A DNA stretch of 64,000 nt, from assembly GCA_023261815.1 (NCBI GenBank), contig JALNKA010000001.1, positions 128,001-192,000 on the forward strand, written 5' to 3'. Position numbers and translations under genes: made by a program. Below, piece by piece: positions 29,795 through 39,029 of the stretch (within the stretch, counting starts at the first letter, position 1; every line of letters starts with the position of its first letter). The notes under the pieces were generated by a model. The model was not told the origin of the DNA, searched no databases, and saw nothing but the letters and a program-made list of their open reading frames with translations. Origin of the DNA: Candidatus Wolframiiraptor sinensis (GTDB lineage: Archaea > Thermoproteota > Nitrososphaeria_A > Caldarchaeales > Wolframiiraptoraceae).

Positions 29795-30823
29795 TTGGAG
29801 CTGATCATCGATTGCGGCGATTACAGCCTGAAGAACTCGCTCACACCATCATTCATCTCGAGCCTATATGAGAGCATCAGACCCGATGCGTGGATTAAGG
29901 TTGCTGGCAGGCTCGGCGGCAAGCTGAAGATTGAGCAGAGAGGGAGAAGGCTCATAATAACATCAACGGCCGAGATCTCCAGGGATGAGCTGGAAAGATT
30001 GGCTCTATTCGAGTCCGGATTATGGCGCGAGGAGTTCGAGAGCGGCATCAGCAAGTTTCCCCCGAGCTTCAGGGATGCTGTGGAGGCTCTGGCGAAGACT
30101 TACCCCGGCGTAAGAATACCGATAGCTCCATGGGATTTCGACTACATCCTAGTGGCGGTCCTACTCTCCAAGAGGGCGAACTACGAGATGGTCAGGAGAT
30201 GGTGCAGAAAGCTCTGGAAAGCATTTGGAGATAATTTGCACAACTTATCCTCAGCAGGATCATCAATCTTGAGGAGGATTACTCGTAGCTATCAGCTCGA
30301 GGATGCGGCGAGGTCCCTGAGGGACTTGATGAGATTGATGAAGGAGCCCAGGAGAATTCACAGCGAGATCATCCGGAGATTCGGCGCTCCGCGGGAGCCC
30401 CTTTCCGAATACCTGCTGAGCCTGCCACCCGAGATCGCGAGGATTATTCTGCTCTCGGCCTGGGGCATCGGGCCGAAGGTTGCTGACTCGACGATACTCT
30501 CGACATTCAAAGCCCCACACTTCATACCATGTGATGTTCATCTGAGAATTTTCGTCGAGAGGTTGTCGCTGGTAGAGGATTTCAAGATGCCCGAGAAGGC
30601 TCTTTGCAGGAGATTCCTGTGCGGCGATGAGGGCGCTTGGGGTCTCGCTCCATGCTCCAGCCGGAGATGCCTACGAGCAATTCTCAGGCCTCTTGGCGAC
30701 CTCGGAGGATGGATTCAAACACTTATTTACCTCCATGGGAAGGAGTATTGTAGATCTGTGAAGCCGCGGTGCGGCGAGTGCCCCTTGAGAAGATTGTGCT
30801 CGAGTTCTAGTAGGGCCCCCTAG
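29795..30823 (+). CDS. HhH-GPD DNA glycosylase/lyase with C-terminal [4Fe-4S] FCL motif
   Basis: WGIGPKVAD, PCDVH, CRSVKPRCGECPLRRLC. Confidence 0.85.
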   Translation: MELIIDCGDYSLKNSLTPSFISSLYESIRPDAWIKVAGRLGGKLKIEQRGRRLIITSTAEISRDELERLALFESGLWREEFESGISKFPPSFRDAVEALAKTYPGVRIPIAPWDFDYILVAVLLSKRANYEMVRRWCRKLWKAFGDNLHNLSSAGSSILRRITRSYQLEDAARSLRDLMRLMKEPRRIHSEIIRRFGAPREPLSEYLLSLPPEIARIILLSAWGIGPKVADSTILSTFKAPHFIPCDVHLRIFVERLSLVEDFKMPEKALCRRFLCGDEGAWGLAPCSSRRCLRAILRPLGDLGGWIQTLIYLHGKEYCRSVKPRCGECPLRRLCSSSSRAP

Positions 30824-30824
30824 T

Positions 30825-31217
30825 TCATGGCAGGGATACTTGGAGGAACTCATCCTTCGCGGAATGCTTTCTCAGGATCTCGGCCATTTTCACAGCCGCT
30901 GCTAGGAGCATCTCATATAGTTCTCCGGCGCTTATCCCAGCATCCTCGCACCTCTCCTCATCCAATGAGTATGGAGCTCTAACCCATATCGTTAAGATCT
31001 CACCAATGATTGCCACTCTGAGATGCGGGAGGCCCATGACGGCCATCTCGCGCGATGGCATTAGAGCATAGCCCTCAGCCCTCTTCTCGGGATTCAGGCC
31101 GGCGGATCTTCCCGCCTCCAGAATTTCCTCGGTGATTTCCTCGACGCGCTCCGGCGAGGCTTTCAGCGTTATGTGAATCCTCGCCAGCCCATCCCTCATC
31201 TCCTCAATTCCGCTCAT
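30825..31217 (-). CDS. Hypothetical protein
   Basis: 130-aa ORF with GGAG SD and typical composition. Confidence 0.7.
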   Translation of the reverse strand: MSGIEEMRDGLARIHITLKASPERVEEITEEILEAGRSAGLNPEKRAEGYALMPSREMAVMGLPHLRVAIIGEILTIWVRAPYSLDEERCEDAGISAGELYEMLLAAAVKMAEILRKHSAKDEFLQVSLP

Positions 31218-31241
31218 CTCGCAGACGTCCTCCAGAGCATT

Positions 31242-31636
31242 TTAGCCCTGCTGCATCTGAAATCTGAGCTTATTGAGGTCGGGGTCTCCGCTAAACACCC
31301 TCATCAAAGCATACAGGTGATCTGTTGAGATGAATTTCTCCAGGCTTGCCTCGCTTTTTCCGAGATCCGCCTTGTATCTCGTCTCCACCCTTATCAATCC
31401 TCTTTCGGCGAGCAGCTTCTCAGCGGCGGGCAAGGCTGATGCGGCCTTGCCCATCTCCTCCAAGCTCATACCTCTAATGCCCCATAAGCAGGTTAGAGTA
31501 TCCATTAGATCGCTCTCCCACGCGGATCCATAGAGCAGTAAAAGGGCTCTTAGATATCCGCGGCCGTGCGCTCAACAACACCTCTGCCCTCAGATCCCAG
31601 AACCTCTCTTATAGCACGCTCCATCTCTCCGCTCAT
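31242..31636 (-). pseudogene. Hypothetical protein with an apparent frameshift near 31570
   Basis: ATG 31636 (MSGEMERAIREVLG...) stops early. A shifted frame continues RGYLRALLLLYGSAWESDL into the 31242-31505 ORF. Confidence 0.6.
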
Positions 31637-31697
31637 GCCTCTTCTCCCAGATTACCGGGATCTAAGCCCTTTTAAGTGTTTGGATGTCTCTAAGTCG

Positions 31698-32885
31698 TTA
31701 GGATGCATCGGTGTAATCCGTGAAGGTCCATGAGGCTCGATCCAGCAGTATCTCTCTGAGTATCCTTTTCGAGTATTCTGGCTCGAGCTGGAGCATTAGC
31801 GCAGCGAGGTGCTTGCAGAAGCTCAGCGCGTCCTTCATCCTCGCCCAGTCGGCGCAATCATGGATAATCATCTTCCTCTCCAGGTCTATGAAGACCTTGT
31901 ATTCCTTGACTCTCGCTGATAAGATGTTCGCGGTCTTCTCCAGAACCTCTATCTCCCCTCCGCCCATCTCTCTAGCCCTCCTGAGCCTAGCCTCATTCGT
32001 CAGGAGCTTCAGCATCTCCTCGACGCTGTCCGGGATCCTCTCAGGCGGGAGCATTTGAGAGAGCTTGGGATGCTCCGCGGCGCCGCGCCTCAGATTCTCC
32101 TCCACTTTCTCGAGAACCCTCCTCTGAGCCGGAGTTATTATCCCGAGTATCTCGAGCACCTGCAGGGCATCATGAACAGCATATCCCTTGAAATGATTAT
32201 TGAAGTAGCCGTAGACGCTCTTCACCCTCACAGATACCTCGATTATCCTGGGCTTCCAGGCCTCAAGCTCCTCCCTGCTATAATGGTAATAGTACCACGG
32301 TCTCTTCCCCCTGCCATGCCATCTCATGTAGGCGAAGTCGGCGGTGATGTGTATCTCCGGCGGGAGAAGCGGCTCATCAACAATCGTGTAAGCGACATTA
32401 TACCTAGACAGGATGCTCATCACATCGCTCCTCAACCACGACTCATCCCTGAATTCTATGGCGAACTGGTATTCTCCTGGCAGCTCCGCGAGAAACTTCT
32501 CGAGAACATCAGCGCCCTCCTCGTACTCGAATTTCGGGGGCAGCTGGATGAGCAGGGGGCCGAGCTTCCCCGAATCCCTCAGGGGCCTCAGCAGATCAAG
32601 AAACCTGGCCAAGTCCTTCAGAGCGCCCTTCCCCGGATCAAGCTTCTTCTCATGCGTTATGATGGAAGGTATCTTCGCCGCAAATATGAATCCTCTTGGG
32701 GTGTGCCGCGCGAGCCCCTCAACGACCTTGAGATCCGGATAGGAGTAGAAGGTCGAATCCATCTCAGCGGTATCGAAGACGCTGCAGTATTTCTGGAGCT
32801 TACTCTCCTCCCGCTCGTAGAATACTCCCTCCCAGTCCCTGTAGCTCCAGCCGCTCGTCCCTATTCTGATCAAGCCTGGTATCAC
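31698..32885 (-). CDS. DUF72 protein with C-terminal SWIM-like zinc finger
   Basis: GTSGWSY, EMDSTFY, QLPP, YFNNH; C-terminal HDCADW...FCKH. Confidence 0.9.
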   Translation of the reverse strand: MIPGLIRIGTSGWSYRDWEGVFYEREESKLQKYCSVFDTAEMDSTFYSYPDLKVVEGLARHTPRGFIFAAKIPSIITHEKKLDPGKGALKDLARFLDLLRPLRDSGKLGPLLIQLPPKFEYEEGADVLEKFLAELPGEYQFAIEFRDESWLRSDVMSILSRYNVAYTIVDEPLLPPEIHITADFAYMRWHGRGKRPWYYYHYSREELEAWKPRIIEVSVRVKSVYGYFNNHFKGYAVHDALQVLEILGIITPAQRRVLEKVEENLRRGAAEHPKLSQMLPPERIPDSVEEMLKLLTNEARLRRAREMGGGEIEVLEKTANILSARVKEYKVFIDLERKMIIHDCADWARMKDALSFCKHLAALMLQLEPEYSKRILREILLDRASWTFTDYTDAS

Positions 32886-32963
32886 GGGTTGGAATCCGAA
32901 TCCACGAGATATAAATTTCCGGGATGACCCTTGAGATGTTAGAGCCTGCGGGATGCGCGAGGC

Positions 32964-33893
32964 ATGGCAGAGATAATAATCGGATGTGGGGGATGGAGCT
33001 ACTTCCAGGCGTTGGGCGTGGATCCGCTGAAGCTCTATTCGCTGGCATTCAGGTTCGTCGAGGTGAACTCCACGTTCTACAATCTACCGGACGTGGGGAC
33101 AGTGGCCGCTTGGAGGAGAAGGGTTCCAAGCAGCTTCGAGTTCTCGGTGAAGGCCAATAGACTCATCACGCACAAGTGGAGGCTGACTCCATCGAGCCAG
33201 CTCATAGAGCTGCTGCAAAGGCATCTCGAGCTGTGCGGAATCCTGAGATCTAGGATAATAGTGCTGGAGGTTCCGAGAAGAGTGCACTTGAAGGAGATAG
33301 CGGTCAATCTCTCGAAGATACTTGATCAGGTGGATCTGGGGAATGTCAGGCTGGCGGTCGAGCCGAGATGCGGGTGGGCGGCAGGATCCGCCGAGACGAT
33401 ACGCGCGCTCAGGGATATGGGCATAATACCCGTGGCAGACTACTCCAAGGAGGACCCACCATACGATGATGATGAAATAGCTTATAGCAGGCTATTCGGG
33501 AGGGGAGAGCACAACATATACCAGCTGACGGACGAAGATCTAATGGCAATCAGGGAGAGGGCCTTGAAGAGGAGGTCGAAGAGAATCTACCTGAGCTTCC
33601 ATGGGATAGCCATGTACCTGGATGCGGCGAGGATGGAGAAGTTCCTGAAGAGCGGGGAGCTTCCCCCAGCCACATCCAAGTTTGGGATAGACTCGCTTGA
33701 GGAGGTTTTGAGGGATGCGAGGTTCCCGGCGGCGAAACAAGAGCTTGTTAGAAAGCATGGCTGGAAGCTCGTGGACGTGGATCCGAGGACGAGGGTTCCG
33801 GCGAGCGTGATCTTGAAGCAGCTGAGAAGAGACATGTACAACAGCTTAGAAGAAGTGATCGAGGAGCTGAGAAGAAGATTTGAGAAAGCATAG
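32964..33893 (+). CDS. Divergent DUF72 protein with C-terminal DUF2795-like helical domain
   Basis: GCGGWSY, EVNSTFY, ITH; C-terminal ARFPAAKQELV...YNSLEEV. Confidence 0.85.
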   Translation: MAEIIIGCGGWSYFQALGVDPLKLYSLAFRFVEVNSTFYNLPDVGTVAAWRRRVPSSFEFSVKANRLITHKWRLTPSSQLIELLQRHLELCGILRSRIIVLEVPRRVHLKEIAVNLSKILDQVDLGNVRLAVEPRCGWAAGSAETIRALRDMGIIPVADYSKEDPPYDDDEIAYSRLFGRGEHNIYQLTDEDLMAIRERALKRRSKRIYLSFHGIAMYLDAARMEKFLKSGELPPATSKFGIDSLEEVLRDARFPAAKQELVRKHGWKLVDVDPRTRVPASVILKQLRRDMYNSLEEVIEELRRRFEKA

Positions 33894-33957
33894 GATACGC
33901 GGCGTGCGATATTGGGAAAATTTTATATGAGTGCCTTATGGGGCAAAGGCAAAACTT

Positions 33958-34140
33958 TGGAGGCTGAATTATAAGCGGAAATGTTCATGTGAGGAAAGCC
34001 GCTGGAGGGTTATTCATCGCCAGACGGAAGCTGGGATCGGGAAGCTATGACCGGAGAGCTTCTCGAAGATCCACTGAATTATGTGCTCAGTGTGCGCCGG
34101 TCAGTAGGGCAGCAACCGCCAGATAATCTCCGCTGACTTG
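33958..34140 (+). pseudogene. Possible remnant of a small Zn-finger gene
   Basis: One frame reads KRKCSCEESRWRVIHRQ...*...*IMCSVCAGQ* with several stops. Confidence 0.3.
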
Positions 34141-34186
34141 TTCATGAAAGCTTATATGCTGTGGGCGGGTTAGTGCTAGCGAGATA

Positions 34187-34492
34187 ATGGGCGAAGAATT
34201 GACCCTCGAGGAGTTTAAGGAGGCCTTAAAGGAGCTTAGGGTGAGCAGAGCTAGAAGGGACTTCCTAAGCCACTTAATATCATACATAATCGTGAACGCC
34301 TTCCTGATATTCATCAACTTGTGGACTAGCCCGGGCGCCATATGGTTCCCATGGGTTCTAGCGGCATGGGGCATAGGCCTGGCCTTCCACTACTTCGGGA
34401 GCAGGCCGAGCTCGGTCATCGAGGAAGCGGAGAAGGAGATAGCCATGATCGAGTATCGGGCCAGAAGAAGGAAGAAGAGCGCGGAGCAGTAG
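34187..34492 (+). CDS. 2TM domain-containing protein
   Basis: HLISYIIVNAFLIFIN...WFPWV...WGIGLAFH. Confidence 0.85.
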   Translation: MGEELTLEEFKEALKELRVSRARRDFLSHLISYIIVNAFLIFINLWTSPGAIWFPWVLAAWGIGLAFHYFGSRPSSVIEEAEKEIAMIEYRARRRKKSAEQ

Positions 34493-34621
34493 CCAGCAAA
34501 TCCCGATGCCATTTTTATGAGGGGAGCGTGGCTCAGTAGAGATTCTCTCATTTCCGGCAAGGTTTATAGGGTGACATGCTCACCGCGATTTCCAACAGCG
34601 CGCGTGTAGGGTGAGTGGGAG

Positions 34622-36091
34622 ACGAATGAGCTCGATCGCGGGCGAATCCTATCAATCCTATCAGTCACGACCCTAGCCTCATTTCTAACGGGCTTAAACG
34701 TTAGGCTCGCGCTCGTCGGCTTCCCCATAATCGCGCATGAGCTCGGATCAAGCTTCGACGAAGCCCTATGGATTATTCAGGGCTTCCTAATAGGATCAAC
34801 AACGATACAGCTGATAGTCGGGGATCTCGCCGACCTATTCGGAAGAGTGAGGCTATTTAACATCGGCCTACTAATCTTCACCCTCGGCGGCCTAGCCTCC
34901 GGCCTAGCACTGAGCCCCGACATGCTGATAATCTCGCGGATAATGCAGGGGATAGGCTCGGCCTTCCTGATAACGCTCAGCGTGACGATCCTGACGGACA
35001 ATCTCCCGCGCAGCGTCCTGGGAACATGGCTCGGAATAAATCAAATCGCCTGGAGAATTGGAGCGCTATTAGGGCTAACATTAAGCGGGATAATCATAGA
35101 CTTACTGGGATGGAGATGGGTCTACCTATTTCATGCGCCTGTGGGCTTCGCGGCTCTCATATGGAGCCTGAGAACTCTGAGAGAGGCATATAGGCCTCCG
35201 CGCGAGGCGTGCATCGACATCCCAGGATTCGCGCTATTCACGCTATTCCTCTTCTCCACAGCTATAGGCTTGACGTTGATGCTGAACGCAGCTAAGTGGA
35301 TCAGTGAGATAATGCTGCTGATGATCCTCGCATCCATCCTCCTCTCGCTCTTCATAATTCATGAGAGAAGGGGGAGATGCAGGGCGCTGGACTTATCGAT
35401 ATTCAGGAACCTCCAGTTTACGGGAAGCATAATAGCTCAGCTCCTCTACGCCATGGGCTTCGGAGGCTCCATGACCCTACTGGTGATCTTCTTTGAAATC
35501 TTAGAAAGCTATTCAGCATCATTAACGGGACTACTGATAACGCCGTTCGAGCTCTCATTCCTCATATTCGGAATACTGGGCGGCAGAATATCGGATAAAC
35601 GGGGATTCGAGATGCCAACCATAGCCGGGTTATCCCTCGCCGCCGCAGGCCTACTCACGCTATCGAGGATAAGCGCCTCAACGAGCCCATCCTCCATAAT
35701 CGCAGCAATAATACTTCTTGGAGCAGGCGCAGGGCTCTTCGTAGCCCCGAATACCAGTTCTATAATGACATCCGTGCCCCCGGACAAGAGAGGGGTAGCA
35801 TCAGCGATAAGGACGCTCTCATTCAACATAGGCTTCCTCCTGAGCCTGAACATCGCAGTCATATCGCTCGTGCAGGTAACATCATACGATGTCGCCTCGC
35901 GGCTGATAATTGCGGAGGGGATGATGAACGCTGAAGCGAGCATCACGGCGAGCAGCCTCGCAAAAGCCATATTAGGAGCATTTCAGGCACAGGCGGCAAT
36001 AATGCTGGCGGGAATACCATTCTCACTATTAAGAATGATCCTCGGCAAAAACCTTAGGAAACCGCAACGCCCCAAGCGCACCTTGCCCTAA
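34622..36091 (+). CDS. MFS transporter (DHA2/EmrB-QacA type), start anomalous
   Basis: Frame is open from 34610 and encodes TM1-2 plus motif A (GDLADLFGR), but has no ATG/GTG/TTG before 34847. Confidence 0.85.
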   Translation, partial: TNELDRGRILSILSVTTLASFLTGLNVRLALVGFPIIAHELGSSFDEALWIIQGFLIGSTTIQLIVGDLADLFGRVRLFNIGLLIFTLGGLASGLALSPDMLIISRIMQGIGSAFLITLSVTILTDNLPRSVLGTWLGINQIAWRIGALLGLTLSGIIIDLLGWRWVYLFHAPVGFAALIWSLRTLREAYRPPREACIDIPGFALFTLFLFSTAIGLTLMLNAAKWISEIMLLMILASILLSLFIIHERRGRCRALDLSIFRNLQFTGSIIAQLLYAMGFGGSMTLLVIFFEILESYSASLTGLLITPFELSFLIFGILGGRISDKRGFEMPTIAGLSLAAAGLLTLSRISASTSPSSIIAAIILLGAGAGLFVAPNTSSIMTSVPPDKRGVASAIRTLSFNIGFLLSLNIAVISLVQVTSYDVASRLIIAEGMMNAEASITASSLAKAILGAFQAQAAIMLAGIPFSLLRMILGKNLRKPQRPKRTLP

Positions 36092-36189
36092 CAAGCATGA
36101 TGGAAAAGAGGGGGCAGAAGAATATATGGCCACCAAGACCTCGAAAAAGTTAAATATATATAGTGCCTCCTTTATCGAAAAGCATCATG

Positions 36190-36230
36190 TTAACATTTTT
36201 GCAAAAATTTTTCTTATTTTTTTGCAAAAA
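36190..36230. promoter_or_regulatory. Tandem palindromes TTTTTGCAAAAA upstream of a TATA box
   Basis: ATTTTTGCAAAAAT at 36195-36208 and TTTTTGCAAAAA at 36219-36230, followed by TTATTATA at 36231. Confidence 0.6.
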
Positions 36231-36267
36231 TTATTATACCGGCAAGGACCACAATCCATCGTGGAAA

Positions 36268-36657
36268 ATGGAAGGGAGGAGGAACGTGGCGGAAACCATG
36301 TGCGGGGTGAAATGCGCGGCCATGTTCAAGGGTGTTATTAGGGATCTTATGGGTGAGAGCGCGCTAATAGTCCTAGAGCGTCAGCTCTCGAGGAAGCTGA
36401 CCGAGGCAGAGCCCTTCGAATACATGCTGATAGATCCTAGAAGATTCTATGATGCGCTGGCCTCCATTATCGGGCCCAACGCCGCACGCACTCTTCTAAA
36501 GCTCATCTTCAAACAAATAGCCGAAAAACACAAGTTAACGTGGCTTCGCGCCGATGAACTCATAGCAATGATGATCAAGGGTGGAGAAGGAGCAAAGGAG
36601 CAAATCTCAAAGCTCTTCCAAGAAATATGCAAATCCGAAAACTCCGAAAATTACTAA
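36268..36657 (+). CDS. Small helical protein (DUF3227/NitrOD5-like)
   Basis: LMGESALIVL...DPRRFYDALASIIGPNAARTL; ATG ~30 nt after the TATA box. Confidence 0.6.
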   Translation: MEGRRNVAETMCGVKCAAMFKGVIRDLMGESALIVLERQLSRKLTEAEPFEYMLIDPRRFYDALASIIGPNAARTLLKLIFKQIAEKHKLTWLRADELIAMMIKGGEGAKEQISKLFQEICKSENSENY

Positions 36658-36708
36658 AATATCTCTCAAGAAAAATGATTCTGAAAAGAATCTTGAAGGT
36701 GATGCGAA

Positions 36709-37764
36709 ATGGATGAAACGAGGAGAGTTATAGAAGCGCTTATGCAAGTGGGACCCCGATTCACTGACATATCTCAAGTATCTGGAATTCCAGTTTCTAC
36801 TGTAAGGTATATATTGCTTAAGAAATTACCAAAGTTCGGCTTTCATGTTCAAATTTCTGTAGACTACGCAGCACTCGGTCTACAGAGGTACCTAGTGGAG
36901 TTCAGGAGTAAGTACCCCGTCTATCATATTTCAAAGATACTTGATCTTCTTGGGGAATGTACATATTTAGACTATTACGTTTACTCTATGAACGAGAGAA
37001 GATTTCTATCAATCTTTGCGCTTCCTCCAGCATATGAAGGAGATTTCTTGGAGTTCTTGAACCTCATGCAGGTTTCTGGTCTTATCGAAAATATCAAAGT
37101 ATGCAAGCTTGTTTATTTGAGAGCTTTACCCTTAATGACAGATTTTTTTGATTTTTCAAGAGGTGTATGGGAACAGGATTGGTTTACTAAACTTGGGATG
37201 AGAGAAATACCAGAATCGCCCGAACACGTCCATTCCAATCCGAAAGTCGATAAAATAGATCTAATAATTCTTTCTGAATTACAAAAGAGAGTAACTAGAA
37301 TCAAGTATGGCGAACTTGCTCAAAAGTTTAGGTTAACGCGTCAAACAATCAGCAAGCACTACAAACATGCTAGGAACTTTATCAAACTTTTTGCAGTTTA
37401 TTGGTTTCCACCAATGAATCCTGAGCTCATTGCAATACCATTACTGATAAGAGTCCCTGCCGAAAGCAGGTATAGAAAGATACTCATTAATATACCATTC
37501 ACCTTCTCTGAATTCAGAAGTGAGTCAGGGGAATATTTTGCGATGCTTCTCGTTCCAAGTATGGGTTTTTACAAAACTCTCGAGGTATTAACGAGTAATA
37601 TAGAATCCCTTAGAATGAATTTTTTAGATATGCGATACACCGGAAAATTTACAATCCAATATAATCTCTTTCAAAAAGGTCTCTGGATAAATCCGTTTGA
37701 AACTGCTATTGAAAAACTCATACAGGTAGTGAAAGGCAATATGAAAACAGGAGAAAAAGGATAA
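36709..37764 (+). CDS. Tandem-HTH Lrp/AsnC-like transcriptional regulator
   Basis: N-terminal HTH (ISQVSGIPVSTVRY) plus VDYAALGL; second HTH DKIDLIILSELQ...LTRQTISKH; AT-rich. Confidence 0.75.
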   Translation: MDETRRVIEALMQVGPRFTDISQVSGIPVSTVRYILLKKLPKFGFHVQISVDYAALGLQRYLVEFRSKYPVYHISKILDLLGECTYLDYYVYSMNERRFLSIFALPPAYEGDFLEFLNLMQVSGLIENIKVCKLVYLRALPLMTDFFDFSRGVWEQDWFTKLGMREIPESPEHVHSNPKVDKIDLIILSELQKRVTRIKYGELAQKFRLTRQTISKHYKHARNFIKLFAVYWFPPMNPELIAIPLLIRVPAESRYRKILINIPFTFSEFRSESGEYFAMLLVPSMGFYKTLEVLTSNIESLRMNFLDMRYTGKFTIQYNLFQKGLWINPFETAIEKLIQVVKGNMKTGEKG

Positions 37765-37810
37765 GTAAACAAAAATAAAGAGAGAAGGGCGATATTAGCG
37801 CCTGCTTCCT

Positions 37811-37951
37811 TTAGAGTGGAACTTTAGATACTTTCTCTGCAGGCACGCCTATCAAAGCTGATACTGCTAATATGGCTGCTTCAACGGCTATTATGATTAA
37901 CATCTCCTTGGATAGGCCTAATCTTAGGGCTACATCCTCAAAGTTGTTCAT
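37811..37951 (-). CDS. 46-aa hydrophobic peptide (not in the ORF track)
   Basis: MNNFEDVALRLGLSKEMLIIIAVEAAILAVSALIGVPAEKVSKVPL*. TTAATATT box ~25 nt upstream and a T-rich tract downstream. Confidence 0.7.
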   Translation of the reverse strand: MNNFEDVALRLGLSKEMLIIIAVEAAILAVSALIGVPAEKVSKVPL

Positions 37952-37976
37952 GGTTTATTAATGGTTAAGGAGAATA

Positions 37977-38016
37977 TTAACATTTTTACAAAGAATTCAG
38001 AAATTTTTGTAATTTT
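37977..38016. promoter_or_regulatory. Second copy of the operator-like motif
   Basis: TTAACATTTTTACAAA matches TTAACATTTTTGCAAA at 36190 (15/16), followed by TTTTTGTAAT. It abuts the peptide gene TATA box. Confidence 0.55.
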
Positions 38017-38059
38017 GATGATTCTATGAGCAATACTTATATACTATTGCGTCAGCGGG

Positions 38060-38518
38060 ATGAGATTGAGCCTGTTTATGCGGCTGCGAGCCGGCCCCCT
38101 CCTACTGCTCTTGTTTACGATAATGCTGATAGTTTTTCTCGCGTATCGCGGCTTGTTCGAAAATTTTGAGTTATTTCCTCCTAGCCCTGACGCGGTTTAT
38201 CCGAGACCTGTTGTTGAGCTATTTTCAAGACAAGATTATGAAGTTGTGTCAGGGGGGAATGCTCCGGGCGTCATCAAACTTACCATCAGATTGAGTAATA
38301 ATAGTAGTGAGCCCGGTATTCGGGGGGCTTTTGCGGCTGGCGTTCTTGTGGTGTTGAAGGGGGCTAGAGTTGATGGTTATGATCTCGGGGAATTTTCGGG
38401 CATTATAGGTGTGAGTGAGGATGGTAGCATAATTAATCCCGTGAATTCTAGCATTGTGGAGCTTTTCGCGGATAAAATCGGCCCATGGCAGTCGATAAGC
38501 GCCGTGCTCCACGTGGTA
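38060..38518 (+). pseudogene. Membrane-anchored exported protein, 3'-truncated by a junction
   Basis: N-terminal TM segment and beta-rich domain; the ORF runs out of frame into dppD sequence after ~38518. Confidence 0.55.
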
Positions 38519-38519
38519 G

Positions 38520-39023
38520 CTCAGCGGAGGGATGAAGCAGAGGGTTTGCATAGCGATGGCCCTGATAACCAAGCCCAAGATAGTGATCCTCGATGAGCCG
38601 ACCTCGGCTCTGGACATAATAACCCAGGCGAACATAATCAATCTCCTGAAGCAATTGAAGAGGGAGCGCGGCCTATCATACATCTTCATAACGCACGACC
38701 TCGCATTGAGCAGCGAACTGGCGGACTACGTGGCGGTAATGTATGGTGGAAAGATCGTTGAACGCGGACCAGCGGACGAGGTTTATGTCTCACCCGCGCA
38801 TCCCTACATGAAGCTGTTATTAAATAGTATTCCGAGGTTAAGGCAGGACATTCCTCCATCATTCATCCCGGGTGCGCCGCCTGACTTGAGGAATCCGCCC
38901 GCGGGGTGCAGATTCCACCCCAGATGCCCGTTTATGATAAGGGGCAAGTGTGAGGTGGAGGAGCCGCCGGCCTTTAATGTTGGAGTGGGACATTATGCTG
39001 CTTGCTGGCTATATGGGGAGTGA
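38520..39023 (+). pseudogene. dppD: Oligopeptide ABC ATPase DppD/OppD, C-terminal half only
   Basis: Begins abruptly at LSGGMKQR after an in-frame TAG, with no Walker A. HPY and CRFHPRCP motifs are present. Confidence 0.88.
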
Positions 39024-39029
39024 GAGGGG

